Assembly (NCBI GenBank): GCA_964641715.1 | Contig: CAZXMB010000005.1 | Span: forward strand, 1-34,845 | Source: an uncultured Syntrophaceae bacterium | Lineage (GTDB): Bacteria; Desulfobacterota; BSN033; UBA1163 | Direction of reading: 5' to 3' | Length of the DNA stretch: 34,845 bases | Shown here: one piece after another, positions 25,283-34,845 of the stretch | How the letters are laid out: every line of letters begins with the position of its first letter | How positions within the stretch are numbered: the first letter of the stretch is position 1 | Made by a program: the position numbers and the translations under genes | The notes under the pieces: model-generated | What the model saw: the letters and a program-made list of their open reading frames with translations, nothing else | Database searches by the model: none | What the model was told of the DNA's origin: nothing

Positions 25283-25978
25283 GTGAAAAGAGAGGCATTT
25301 TGGGGAATCCTGGTTTCTTTTCTTTCCCTGCTGGTCTTTGCCACAGCGGGGTTTGGGATGGAGGCTCAGGCGGTTCTGACGGAAATCCAAAACCGTTATG
25401 AGCATACCCGGGACTTCGAGGCCAGTTTTGTTCAGGAATATATCGGGAAGGTGATGAGACAGTCCCAGAGGTCAGATGGAAAAGTCTATTTTAAAAAGAA
25501 GGGGATGATGCGCTGGGACTACAGGGTCCCAAACCAGAAATTGATCTCGGACGGCCAGACCCTCTGGCTTTTTCAGCCGGAGGAGAACCAGGTCTTTTTA
25601 TACCCTGCAGAAGAGATGATCAAGGAGTTTGGTTTTCTGGCAGGAGCAGGAGATCTGAGGCGGGACTTTAAACTTCTCACCCCCCATGAGCTTGCTCCCG
25701 AGAAGGAGAACACCTATGTTCTGGAACTGGGTCCGATGGAGACCCATCCTGTGGTATCCAGACTTTCATTGCGGGTGGATCAGAAGACCTATTATATTGT
25801 CCAGGTGGACCTCATCGATGGTCTGGGCAATGTGACCCGGACGCGTTTAACGGATATTCGGACCAACATGGACCTCCCCAACTCCCTCTTTCAATTTAAA
25901 ATTCCACCCGGAGTTGATGTGATCAAGAGTTCGCCCTCCCATTCTTCCACCGGTGGGAAAGGACCTCAGAAAAAGTAG
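25283..25978 (+). CDS. lolA: Outer-membrane lipoprotein carrier protein LolA
   Basis: GTG start and a signal peptide. The LolA pattern is F.A.F.Q......GKVYFKKKGMMRWDY. It sits in the ftsK-lolA arrangement known from proteobacteria. Confidence 0.8.
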   Translation: MKREAFWGILVSFLSLLVFATAGFGMEAQAVLTEIQNRYEHTRDFEASFVQEYIGKVMRQSQRSDGKVYFKKKGMMRWDYRVPNQKLISDGQTLWLFQPEENQVFLYPAEEMIKEFGFLAGAGDLRRDFKLLTPHELAPEKENTYVLELGPMETHPVVSRLSLRVDQKTYYIVQVDLIDGLGNVTRTRLTDIRTNMDLPNSLFQFKIPPGVDVIKSSPSHSSTGGKGPQKK

Positions 25979-25981
25979 AGC

Positions 25982-26770
25982 ATGCCGCTTTATACGACCC
26001 ACGCCATCGTCATTCGCTCCCTTCATTACGGAGAATCGGATAAGATCCTGACCTTCCTTACCAGGGACTTTGGAAAACTGAAGGGAATTGCAAAGGGGGC
26101 GAGGAGGAGCAAGAAGAGGTTTCAGAATGCCCTGGGCCTCTTTTCCCATCTGCGGCTCATCTTTTTTGACCGTGAAGGAATGGGCCTGGTGAGGGTCGAG
26201 AGCGCAGACATCCTTCATGCCTTTCCCGGGATCAGCGAAGATTTAAGAAAGATCTATTTCGGAAACTACTATCTGGAGCTGGTGAACGAGATGGCGGGGG
26301 AGCGGGAGGTGAACACAGGGGCCTTTGAACTTCTCCTTGCCTTCTTATTCGATCTCGAGTCAAACGATCCGAAGGAAGAGTGGTTAAGGATGTTTGAGAT
26401 CCGGATCCTCTCCCTGTTCGGTTACCGTCCCAATATGGTCCGGTGCGGTTTATGCAATAAGGGGTGGGAGGAGCTGGAGGAAAGGCCTTCTCTATTTTTC
26501 TCCATTGAAAAGGGAAGCCTGGTATGTGATCGGTGTTCGAAGAGGTGGAATAATCTCTATCCCCTCTCATTGGGCACTGCCCGGTTAATCGACGGGATTT
26601 CTCAACTGAATTTGAAAAAACTTCACAGGCTCAGATTTACCCCTCAGGCCTTGTCGGAGAGCGAGGAACTCCTTCCGAAATTCGTCCAACACCAACTGGG
26701 GAAGGAGCTGAAGTCACTGAAGGGGCTGAGGGAACTCCTTCCTTCCGGGAGGCAGACCAATGCCAGATGA
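25982..26770 (+). CDS. recO: DNA repair protein RecO
   Basis: The N-terminal OB-fold pattern is HAIVIRSLHYGESDKILTFLTRDFGKLKGIAKGARRSKKRF. A C4 zinc motif is present (CGLC...CDRC). Confidence 0.9.
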   Translation: MPLYTTHAIVIRSLHYGESDKILTFLTRDFGKLKGIAKGARRSKKRFQNALGLFSHLRLIFFDREGMGLVRVESADILHAFPGISEDLRKIYFGNYYLELVNEMAGEREVNTGAFELLLAFLFDLESNDPKEEWLRMFEIRILSLFGYRPNMVRCGLCNKGWEELEERPSLFFSIEKGSLVCDRCSKRWNNLYPLSLGTARLIDGISQLNLKKLHRLRFTPQALSESEELLPKFVQHQLGKELKSLKGLRELLPSGRQTNAR

Positions 26771-26789
26771 ACTTGGGTTTAGGCCTGCT

Positions 26790-26818
26790 TTGACATTTAA
26801 CACTGATCATGCTAAACC
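26790..26818 (+). promoter_or_regulatory. Candidate promoter of glyQS
   Basis: Perfect TTGACA (26790-26795), a 17-nt spacer, then a weak -10 TAAACC (26813-26818). Confidence 0.3.
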
Positions 26819-26848
26819 CTACTCGGTGAAAGAAAGGGAGGAGGGAGG

Positions 26849-27721
26849 ATGAATTTCCAGGAGTTGATTTTTGCGCTGGAGAGATTCTGGGCGGATCAGG
26901 GGTGTGTGGTTCAACAGCCCTATGATCTGGAGGTCGGTGCCGGGACCTTTAACCCTGCCACCTTTTTCAGGGTCTTGGGCCCTGAACCGTGGAGGGTGGC
27001 CTATGTCGAACCCTCCCGTCGTCCCATGGATGGCCGATACGGAGAGAATCCAAACCGGCTTCAACACTACTATCAATACCAGGTCGTCCTGAAACCTTCC
27101 CCTCTTGATATTCAGGAGATCTACCTCCAGAGCTTAAACTCTTTTGGGATTGATCCCTTGGATCATGACATTCGATTTGTCGAAGATGATTGGGAGTCTC
27201 CAACCCTGGGTGCATGGGGATTGGGATGGGAGGTCTGGCTGGATGGGATGGAGATCACCCAGTTCACCTATTTTCAGCAGGCCGGTGGAATTGAACTCCA
27301 TCCCATCCCCGTGGAGATCACTTACGGGATCGAAAGGATTGCGATGTACCTTCAGGGGGTGGATAATGTCTATGACCTGCAGTGGACCCGGGGGATCCGC
27401 TACGGCGATATCCATCACCGCGGGGAGGTGGAATTCTCAAAATATAATTTCGAAGAGGCGGATGTGGAGATGCTCTTTCGCCTTTTTGAGATGTATGAAA
27501 AAGAGGCCAGGGCACTGGCAGGGAAAGGATTGGTCCTTCCGGCCTATGATTACTGTTTAAAGACCTCTCATATCTTCAACCTTCTCGATGCAAGGGGTGC
27601 GATCAGTGTGACCGAGAGGGTGGGCTATATCCTGAGGGTGAGGACACTGGCAAGAATGTGTGCGGAGGCCTATCTTCACCAGAGAGAGGAGATGGGGTTT
27701 CCGCTGTTGAGTGAGAAATGA
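26849..27721 (+). CDS. glyQ: Glycine--tRNA ligase alpha subunit
   Basis: The highly conserved N-terminus [19 protein letters not shown]...QPYD and [25 protein letters not shown] are present. Confidence 0.95.
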   Translation: MNFQELIFALERFWADQGCVVQQPYDLEVGAGTFNPATFFRVLGPEPWRVAYVEPSRRPMDGRYGENPNRLQHYYQYQVVLKPSPLDIQEIYLQSLNSFGIDPLDHDIRFVEDDWESPTLGAWGLGWEVWLDGMEITQFTYFQQAGGIELHPIPVEITYGIERIAMYLQGVDNVYDLQWTRGIRYGDIHHRGEVEFSKYNFEEADVEMLFRLFEMYEKEARALAGKGLVLPAYDYCLKTSHIFNLLDARGAISVTERVGYILRVRTLARMCAEAYLHQREEMGFPLLSEK

Positions 27722-27762
27722 TCGCTCATCAATTGCCAATGACCATGGACAAAGGACCTGGG

Positions 27763-29826
27763 ATGAAAGAATTGCTTCTGGAGATCGGGACGGAGGAGAT
27801 CCCCGCCGGATTTGTTCCTGGGGCTCTATCCGAGCTGGAACGGCTGATCGGGAAGGAGCTTGAGGCGAACCGGATTGATTTCAAAGGGGTGAAGACGCTC
27901 GGGACACCCAGACGGCTGGTCCTCTATATTGAATCGGTTTCAGAGAAGCAGAAAGATGAGGAGACGAAGAAGATCGGGCCATCGAAACAGGCTGCCCTGG
28001 ATGATCGGGGAAATCCGACCAAAGCGGCTGCTGGTTTTGCCAAAAGCCAATCGGTTCCGGTGGAATCCCTTGAGATCATCCAGACAGAGAAGGGGGAGTA
28101 TGTCTGCGCGGTGAAAAGAGAGATTGGAAGACCGACCCCTGAACTTCTTAAGACGATTCTCCCCCGGGTGATCCTCTCCATCCCTTTTCAGAAATCGATG
28201 AGGTGGGCTGATGTCCAGATCAGGTTTGCAAGACCTATTCACTGGATCCTGAGCCTCTTCGGCGGGGAGGTCATTCCTTTTGAGGTGGGAAATGTGAGGA
28301 GCGGGGACCTGACCCATGGCCATCGATTCATGCATCCTGATCCGATCCCGATCCAAGACTTTCAGTCTTATCTGAAAAGGACAAAAGAGGCTTTTATTGT
28401 GGTCGACCCGGGGGAACGAAGAAAGGGGATCAAGGAAGGGATGATCCGAGAGGGGGCAAAGGTTTCCGGGAAGGTGTTAAGCGATGAGGATCTCCTCGAC
28501 GAAGTCAACTTTCTGGTCGAATATCCAGTCACCTTCTGCGGTCATTTTGATGAAAGGTTCCTTGCCCTACCGGCGGAGGTAGTCATCCATTCGATGAAGG
28601 AACACCAGAGATATTTTCCCCTGATGAACGATCATGGCCGATTACTTCCCCATTTCATCTGTATCAGCAATATTGCTCCGAGGGACGAGAGAGTGGTGAT
28701 CAGAGGAAATGAGCGGGTTCTCAAGGCCAGGCTCTCCGACGCCGAGTTTTTCTTCCGGGAAGACATGAAGGTTTCTCTTGAGAAGAGGGTTGAGGAATTG
28801 AAGAAGGTGGTTTTTCAGGCGAAGCTGGGAACATCCTATGAGAAGGTCATGCGATTCAAGCAACTGGCCTCCTTCCTCACGGATCGAATCGATCCAGCCC
28901 TGAAAGAGACCGTGGAAAGGGCTGCCCTCTTATCTAAAGCGGATCTGGTCACCGGAATGGTCGGCGAATTTCCAAAACTCCAGGGGATCGTGGGAAGGGA
29001 GTATGCAAGGTTGTCGGGAGAGAAACCCCCGATCTATGAAGCGATTTATGAACACTACCTCCCGGCCTTTGCAGGAGATCGGCTACCCTCCAGCCCGGTC
29101 GGTGATATCGTAAGCATGGCTGACAGGATGGACACGATTGTGGGTTCCTTTGGGGTAGGCCTTCTCCCCACAGGTGCGGCCGATCCTTTCGGACTGAGAC
29201 GTCAGGCCCTGGGAATTATCCGGATCATTCTGGAAAAGGGATACCGGCTCTCCCTGCCGGAATGGATCGAAGAGAGCGGAAGGCTCCTGAGGGAGAAGAT
29301 GGAGCGCCCCTTCGAAAAAGTAAAGGGAGAGGTTCTGGATTTCTTTAAGACCCGTTATCAAAACTTCCTGTTAGAAAAAGGTTATCCCTATGATGTGATC
29401 GAGGCAGTGATCTCCGTTTCCTTCGATGAACTGCTGGATATTCAGAACAGGATAGATGCCTTGAGAAAGGTCATGGAATGGGAAGACTTCAAATCCATTG
29501 TCATCGGCTTTAAACGGGCGATGAATATCTTAAAGGGAACCCGCCCCTCGAAAGAGATTCTTGCCTCCCTCTTTACCGAACGGGCCGAAAGGGACCTTTA
29601 TCAATCCTTGATGGATTTAAAAGGAAAAATCGACCGCCCGCTTTACCAGAGAGACTACCCCTCCGCACTTCTTGAGATGAGCCGGCTGAGGAAGCCCATT
29701 GATGAGTTCTTCGATCGTGTTTTGGTCATGGCCGAGGATCAGAAGGTCCGTGAGAACCGCCTCGCCCTGCTCGATGGGGTCAGCCAGTTCTTCCTCCGGT
29801 TCGCCGACTTCTCCAGACTGACCTGA
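27763..29826 (+). CDS. glyS: Glycine--tRNA ligase beta subunit
   Basis: The family N-terminus MKELLLEIGTEEIPAGF begins at the ATG at 27763. The ORF-track start at 27718 (an ATGA overlap with glyQ) is the alternative. Confidence 0.9.
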   Translation: MKELLLEIGTEEIPAGFVPGALSELERLIGKELEANRIDFKGVKTLGTPRRLVLYIESVSEKQKDEETKKIGPSKQAALDDRGNPTKAAAGFAKSQSVPVESLEIIQTEKGEYVCAVKREIGRPTPELLKTILPRVILSIPFQKSMRWADVQIRFARPIHWILSLFGGEVIPFEVGNVRSGDLTHGHRFMHPDPIPIQDFQSYLKRTKEAFIVVDPGERRKGIKEGMIREGAKVSGKVLSDEDLLDEVNFLVEYPVTFCGHFDERFLALPAEVVIHSMKEHQRYFPLMNDHGRLLPHFICISNIAPRDERVVIRGNERVLKARLSDAEFFFREDMKVSLEKRVEELKKVVFQAKLGTSYEKVMRFKQLASFLTDRIDPALKETVERAALLSKADLVTGMVGEFPKLQGIVGREYARLSGEKPPIYEAIYEHYLPAFAGDRLPSSPVGDIVSMADRMDTIVGSFGVGLLPTGAADPFGLRRQALGIIRIILEKGYRLSLPEWIEESGRLLREKMERPFEKVKGEVLDFFKTRYQNFLLEKGYPYDVIEAVISVSFDELLDIQNRIDALRKVMEWEDFKSIVIGFKRAMNILKGTRPSKEILASLFTERAERDLYQSLMDLKGKIDRPLYQRDYPSALLEMSRLRKPIDEFFDRVLVMAEDQKVRENRLALLDGVSQFFLRFADFSRLT

Positions 29827-31691
29827 TGCCGAATATGGACTCCCTGGATCAAAAAATTGATTATCTGCCCACCAATCCCGGGGTCTACCTTTTTAAGGAT
29901 AAAAAGGGGTCGATCCTCTATGTGGGAAAGGCAGGGAATATCAAGCACCGGGTAAGCTCCTATTTCCAGAGACGAGACGGGATGGATACGAAGACCCTTG
30001 CCATGATGGAAAAGGTGACCAACATCGAGACCATCGTAACCGATACGGAGAAAGAAGCCCTGATACTGGAGGATAACCTGGTCAAGGAACATCATCCCCG
30101 ATACAATGTGAAGCTGAGGGATGACAAAAGGTATCCCTGCCTGAGGCTTTCGATTGAAGAGGATTTCCCAACCCTGCGGATCGTCAGACGAATCAAGAAA
30201 GACCACGCTCTCTACTTCGGGCCTTATCCGTCCGCCACTTCGCTGAAGGAGACCCTGAAGCTGATCCGGAGGCTCTTCCCCATCAGGACCTGCCTGGATG
30301 CCAGGTTTTCCAACCGGACCAGACCCTGCATCAATTATGAGATGGGGCGATGTTCGGGCCCCTGCACCGGGAAGATCGGTCCCGTTCGGTACAAGGAGAT
30401 CATCCGTGAGGTGAAGATGTTCCTTGAAGGGAAGAATAAGGATCTCATCGATCAACTCCGAAGGAGGATGGAGGAAGAGGCTGAACAGCTCCATTTTGAA
30501 AAGGCGGCGGAGATCCGGAATCAGATTGAATCCATCGGCCATATTATCGAAAAGCAGAAGATCGTCTCCAGCGATTTTATTGATCAGGATGTGATCGGTA
30601 TCCATCATCAGGACCACACCCTCATCCTCTATTCCCTCTTTGTCAGAGGGGGGAAGCTTCTGGGTGGAAAAGGCTTTACCTTTTCCTCCACCGGGCTGCC
30701 GGAGGAGGAAGTGCTGAGCTCTTTTCTTTACCAGTATTATCGTGAAGGGAGATTTATCCCCCAACAGATCCTGATTCCGAAACCCATCCCCGAACAGGAA
30801 TCCATAGAACAGAGGTTGACGGAGTTGGGCGGGAAGAAGGTTCGAATCCTCGTTCCCCAAAAAGGGGAAAAGGAAAGACTTCTCAAGATGGCCCGAGATA
30901 ATGCCGAGAAGTTCCTGATGACAGAAACGGATTTAAAAAGGAACAGAGAGGACCTCCTTGCGACGTTGAAGGAGAGGCTCTCTCTCTGTAAAATTCCCCG
31001 AAGGATTGAGGCCTTCGATATCTCCAACCTTTCGGGTGGCGAGGCGGTGGGTTCCATGGTAACCTTCGTGGATGGAGAGCCTTACGAAGAAGGGTACCGT
31101 CATTATAAGATTAAAACCATCAAAGGTTCGGACGATTATGGAATGATGTATGAGGTTCTCTTCCGTCGTTATCGAAAGGCGGTGGAGGAGAAGGCCTTTC
31201 CCGATCTCATTTTACTCGATGGTGGAAGAGGCCAGTTGAATGTGGCCCGGGAAGTCCTGGGGGAACTCCGGATCAAGGGGATGGACCTCCTCGGTCTGGC
31301 CAAGGGGAGAAGGATCAAAGGGAATCTCGGTTCCCGATTCGGAAAGGGGGGTGAGAAGGTCTATCATCCTCAATTTAAGGAACCGCTCGTTTTGGGAAAG
31401 CACTCCCCTCTGCTTCACCTTCTTGACCGGATCCGGGATGAAGCCCACCGGTTTGCACTCTCCTATCATCGAAGAGTGAGACAGAGGGAGACGATTAGGA
31501 CAGAACTTGGCAGGATTCCCGGGGTCGGGAAAGTCAGGCAAAGGGAACTCTTAAGATTCTTTGGAAGCCTGGAGAGGATTGAGAAGGCAACCGTCCAGGA
31601 ATTAGCTGAAGCTCCGAAGATGAATTCGAGCGCAGCTCAACGGGTCTATGATTTTTTCCACTCTTCCTCCCCGGAAGGATCAGCTCTTTAG
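29826..31691 (+). CDS. uvrC: Excinuclease ABC subunit C
   Basis: 621 aa. It has an N-terminal GIY-YIG domain (PGVYLFKDKKGSILYVGKAGNIKHRV), a UVR domain and a C-terminal (HhH)2. The start overlaps the glyS stop by 1 nt. Confidence 0.95.
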   Translation: MPNMDSLDQKIDYLPTNPGVYLFKDKKGSILYVGKAGNIKHRVSSYFQRRDGMDTKTLAMMEKVTNIETIVTDTEKEALILEDNLVKEHHPRYNVKLRDDKRYPCLRLSIEEDFPTLRIVRRIKKDHALYFGPYPSATSLKETLKLIRRLFPIRTCLDARFSNRTRPCINYEMGRCSGPCTGKIGPVRYKEIIREVKMFLEGKNKDLIDQLRRRMEEEAEQLHFEKAAEIRNQIESIGHIIEKQKIVSSDFIDQDVIGIHHQDHTLILYSLFVRGGKLLGGKGFTFSSTGLPEEEVLSSFLYQYYREGRFIPQQILIPKPIPEQESIEQRLTELGGKKVRILVPQKGEKERLLKMARDNAEKFLMTETDLKRNREDLLATLKERLSLCKIPRRIEAFDISNLSGGEAVGSMVTFVDGEPYEEGYRHYKIKTIKGSDDYGMMYEVLFRRYRKAVEEKAFPDLILLDGGRGQLNVAREVLGELRIKGMDLLGLAKGRRIKGNLGSRFGKGGEKVYHPQFKEPLVLGKHSPLLHLLDRIRDEAHRFALSYHRRVRQRETIRTELGRIPGVGKVRQRELLRFFGSLERIEKATVQELAEAPKMNSSAAQRVYDFFHSSSPEGSAL

Positions 31692-31696
31692 ATGGT

Positions 31697-32362
31697 TCAG
31701 GATTCCCCGGTGTTGCAACGGAACCAGGCCGAATGGGTGACCTTGAACCCCGCCTTTTTGAAATCACGGACAATGGGGTCGGGTTCTGTCGTCTTTAATC
31801 GAAGGACAATCATCCAGTCCTTTTTCTCCGGTCTTGAAAGAGAGACCATACTGAGGATAATGGTCTGGTGCTGGTCGATGGTGGAGATGATCTTCTGAAG
31901 CTCCCCCAGCTTTCCCCCCAGTCCCTCAATCGTAATCCTCGATCCTTCCTCTCTCACTCCCAGGACACGGGTTGCGAACCTGACCAGATCGGATTCCGTC
32001 ACCATCCCGACCAATCTCTCTTTTTCAACCACAGGAAAGGAACCGATCTTTTTCTCCTGACCGATCCTCAATGCCTCCTCGAACGTGGTATCCGGGGTTA
32101 CCGTGATCGGATTTTTGTGCATGATCTCTTTGACCTTCATCTTTGAAAGGAGATAATTCAGCTCATAGATGCTCAGGGAGGTCGCCGGGGATGGAGAAGC
32201 CATCAGAAGGTCGTGCATGGTGATAATCCCAACCAGTTTGCCTTTGTCCACGATCGGAAGCCTTCGGATATTGTTTTCCTTCATGATCTTTTGGGCATCC
32301 AAGACCAAAGTGCTACTGTCCACCGTGATTGGATTATTTGTCATAAAATCCCTGATCCTCAT
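31697..32362 (-). CDS. CBS-pair domain protein with C-terminal ACT-like domain (AcuB-like)
   Basis: Two CBS repeats are visible (FMTNNPITV...RRLPIVDKGKLVGIITMHDLL and IMHKNPITV...GSFPVVEKERLVGMVTESDL). Confidence 0.85.
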   Translation of the reverse strand: MRIRDFMTNNPITVDSSTLVLDAQKIMKENNIRRLPIVDKGKLVGIITMHDLLMASPSPATSLSIYELNYLLSKMKVKEIMHKNPITVTPDTTFEEALRIGQEKKIGSFPVVEKERLVGMVTESDLVRFATRVLGVREEGSRITIEGLGGKLGELQKIISTIDQHQTIILSMVSLSRPEKKDWMIVLRLKTTEPDPIVRDFKKAGFKVTHSAWFRCNTGES

Positions 32363-32377
32363 TTTTTATTCTCCTTT

Positions 32378-33183
32378 CTATTTGATTAAGAAGATGACCA
32401 GCAACCCCACTGCAAAACAGTAATATGAAAAATAAGAAAGCTTACCTAGCTTAATCATTTTCATCAGGAAGGTCAAGGATAAAAACCCGATCACAAAGGC
32501 AGTCGCTGTTCCTGTGAGAACCATCCGGAGTTCCGAAGGGGAACTTATTTTTCTCAACTCTAATAGAGTGGCCCCCAAGATCGCCGGGATCGAAAGAAGA
32601 AAGGAGAATCTCCCGGAGGGTTCCCGATCCAGACCGCAGAATAGGCCAACGGAGATCGTGGCTCCGGAGCGGGAGATCCCCGGAATGATCGCCACCCCCT
32701 GAGCGATCCCGATGAGGAGGGCATCGATCCACCTCATCGCCGGCAAAGGCCTTCCCTCTCGTTTTACCCATCGGGTCAACCAGAGGCCCGATCCGGTGAT
32801 GAGGAGCATCCCTGCGGTGATCCTGGGCTCGGAAAAGAGGGATTCAAACCAATCCTTGAAGAGGAGGCCTATCAGCCCTGTGGGAAGGGTGGCCAGAATG
32901 ATCCAGAGAAGGAGTATTCTCCCCTCCTGAGGGTTACTCCTTCCCTTCCGGATTCCTACTATCCCCCGGAATATTTTCAAGATGTCCTTCCGGAAAAAGA
33001 TAATCACGGCGAGGAGGGTTCCAAGATGAAGCATCACATCGAAGAAGAGGGGGTGTCCCCCGATTCCGAAAAGGGTCTGGAAAAAGACGAGGTGGCCGGA
33101 GCTGCTGATGGGCAGAAATTCGGTCAGGCCCTGAATGATCCCGAGAAAGATAGCTTCAGATATGCTAATTTGGGTCCCCCCAT
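32378..33183 (-). CDS. uppP: Undecaprenyl-diphosphate phosphatase (BacA/UppP) with an anomalous 5' end
   Basis: The ORF track starts at GTG 33037 (MMLHLGTLLAV...). The frame stays open upstream to 33196 and there encodes the hallmark N-terminal motif GIIQGLTEFLPISSSGHL. No ATG, GTG or TTG lies in frame. The ATG at 33181-33183 is 1 nt out of frame, next to a G6 run. Confidence 0.8.
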
Positions 33184-33217
33184 TTACGGAATGTAATTAA
33201 GATACTCGCCCAACTTT

Positions 33218-33352
33218 AAATCCCAAATTCCAAATGGTAAATTCCAAATAAGCTCCAATCCTCAAATCTGAATTTCCAAAACTTTTCTGTTTGATACTTC
33301 GAATTTCGGTCATTGGGATTTGTTTGGGATTTGGTGCTTGTTATTTGGTGCT
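33218..33352 (-). repeat. AT-rich imperfectly palindromic intergenic repeat, copy B (reverse orientation on the + strand)
   Basis: It fills the spacer between the phosphohexomutase gene and uppP. Arms AAATCCCAAA (33218-33227) and TTTGGGATTT (33323-33332) are complementary. The reverse complement shares AGCACCAAAT (x2), AATGACCGAAAT and GTTTTGGAAATT with copy A. Confidence 0.5.
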
Positions 33353-33355
33353 TTT

Positions 33356-34717
33356 TTATCCGAGTTTGAATATAGCAGTTTTTACTTTGTCCTCTACAAG
33401 TTTCTTAATCTCTTGGAGCCGATCCTCCGTCAAGGCCTCAAATCTGAGCACCAATGCCGGTTGAGTATTCGATGCTCTCAGCAATCCCCATCCATTTCCA
33501 AATTGCACCCTCACCCCATCCACATCAATCATGGGATAGTTCTTGCTCAGTTCTTCTTTAACCCTGTCCACAACTTTGAATTTGATCTCGTCCGGACAAC
33601 GGACCCGGATCTCCGGGGTGATGAAGGTTTTAGGGAGATCGCTGAGGAGTCCGGAAAGCGTTCCCTCCGTTTTTGAGAGGAGTTCGATGAGCCGGCAGGA
33701 CGCATAGATCGCATCATCATATCCGAAATAGCGATCGGCAAAGAAGAGGTGCCCGCTCATCTCCCCCCCCAGGACAGCCTTCTCCTCCCTCATCTTCTCT
33801 TTGATCAGGGAATGGCCTGTCCTCCACATGATCGCCCGTCCACCATGCCTCTCAATGTCATCGAATAGATTCTGAGAGCATTTCACTTCGGCAACAAAGG
33901 TTGCCCCTGGATGATCTTCCAGAATCTCCCGGGAGAAAAGGATCATTAACTGATCTCCCCAGATGATATTCCCCCGATCATCCACGACTCCAATGCGATC
34001 CGCATCTCCGTCATAACCGATCCCGACGTCGGCTTGATTCCTCTTCACCCGGTCGACAAGATCCTTTAAATTCTCGGGAATGGTGGGGTCAGGGAAATGG
34101 TTTGGGAAACGGCCATCGATCTCAAAGTAAAGTTCCTCCAGCTCACAGCCCAAATCCCTGAGCAGGGGGCCGGCCACCATGCCTCCGGTTCCGTTTCCGG
34201 CATCCACTACCACTCGCCTCTTCTTCCGGAGGTGAATATTTTTCTTGATATGATCCTGATAGGAGGGGATGATCTCTTGTTTCGTCAGATTTCCCTGATC
34301 CCTTTCAAACTCCCCTTTTTTAATCAATCGTCCGAGGTTCTGTATCTCCTCACCGAAGATGGTGCTTTTCCCCACAGAGACCTTAAACCCGTTGAACTCA
34401 GGGGGATTGTGGCTTCCGGTGATCATCATCCCCCCATCCCGGTTGAGATGAAAGATGGAGAAGTAATAGACCGGAGTGGGGCAGATCCCCACATTGACCA
34501 CATCGCATCCAGTCGAGAGGAGTCCTTCGATCAGTGATTCAGAAAAGGCCTTTGAACTCAACCTTCCATCACGGCCCACGACCAGTGACTTTCGTCCGGA
34601 TCGAACCATATGGGTCCCGAATCCCTGGCCTATTCTCCTGACAATTGCAGGGGTCAGATCCTTATCCACCACTCCCCGGATATCATATTCCCTGTAGATC
34701 TGGGGGTTGATCTCCAT
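33356..34717 (-). CDS. Phosphomannomutase/phosphoglucomutase (alpha-D-phosphohexomutase family)
   Basis: 453 aa. It has the active-site loop TGSHNPPEFNGFK, the metal loop GIGYDGDADR and the sugar loop GGEMSGH. Confidence 0.9.
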   Translation of the reverse strand: MEINPQIYREYDIRGVVDKDLTPAIVRRIGQGFGTHMVRSGRKSLVVGRDGRLSSKAFSESLIEGLLSTGCDVVNVGICPTPVYYFSIFHLNRDGGMMITGSHNPPEFNGFKVSVGKSTIFGEEIQNLGRLIKKGEFERDQGNLTKQEIIPSYQDHIKKNIHLRKKRRVVVDAGNGTGGMVAGPLLRDLGCELEELYFEIDGRFPNHFPDPTIPENLKDLVDRVKRNQADVGIGYDGDADRIGVVDDRGNIIWGDQLMILFSREILEDHPGATFVAEVKCSQNLFDDIERHGGRAIMWRTGHSLIKEKMREEKAVLGGEMSGHLFFADRYFGYDDAIYASCRLIELLSKTEGTLSGLLSDLPKTFITPEIRVRCPDEIKFKVVDRVKEELSKNYPMIDVDGVRVQFGNGWGLLRASNTQPALVLRFEALTEDRLQEIKKLVEDKVKTAIFKLG

Positions 34718-34787
34718 AGGCCCTCCTGAGATTCGGTCGTCATCAATAAATTACCCTAATTCTCCCTGATAATCAACCGTATCCTTT

Positions 34788-34816
34788 TTGACTTTTAAGG
34801 CAGGATAAGATAAATT
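34788..34816 (+). promoter_or_regulatory. Candidate promoter reading toward the right edge
   Basis: TTGACT (34788-34793), a 17-nt spacer, then TAAATT (34811-34816). An ATG at 34830 opens a frame that runs off the window. Confidence 0.2.
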
Positions 34817-34845
34817 ATCGAGCAGGGTTATGAGGGCATTGATGG

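Noticed and set aside
29739-30860. A 373-aa ORF on the - strand.
   Set aside because: It is antisense to uvrC and the end of glyS. It has no recognisable domain and shadow-frame composition.
34830-34845. An ATG opening a frame (MRALM...) at the right edge.
   Set aside because: Only 5 codons are visible and the SD is weak. It cannot be supported as a gene from this window.

Overview
This 34.8-kb window is a densely packed chromosomal region, mostly housekeeping genes, from a diderm-type bacterium (kdsB, lolA and BamE-like lipoproteins are present). Many neighbouring genes overlap by 1-4 nt, which suggests operons.

Minus-strand block: EF-G paralogue, birA, coaX, comM.

Plus-strand blocks:
- aminotransferase followed by two paralogous lipoproteins
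- kdsB and a lipoprotein
- carD, PIN/TRAM protein, ispD, ispF, gltX, cysS
- a CooC-like ATPase, a GIY-YIG cassette, plsC, ftsK, lolA, recO, glyQ, glyS, uvrC

Further minus-strand genes:
- a CPBP protease and a UbiA prenyltransferase
- an MFS transporter and an epimerase
- a phosphohexomutase, uppP and a CBS protein

I found no rRNA, tRNA or CRISPR array.

The strongest signal not explained by the ORF track is a 16-codon Phe/Tyr-rich leader ORF (MFNFYFFYFYFDKGHP, 6511-6561). It is followed by mutually exclusive hairpins and two intrinsic terminators, directly upstream of a class-I aminotransferase. This looks like a ribosome-mediated attenuator.

Other points worth a second look:
- a diverged, imperfectly palindromic intergenic repeat in two copies (about 15424-15583 and 33218-33352), both in the same orientation relative to transcription
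- an AT-rich GIY-YIG ORF bracketed by about 30-bp inverted repeats
- uppP, whose conserved N-terminus has no canonical in-frame start next to a G6 run
- a possible 1-nt frame break at the 5' end of plsC
- an unannotated 38-codon membrane mini-ORF overlapping the 3' end of the epimerase gene

All calls rest on reading the sequence and recognising motifs. No database search was run.
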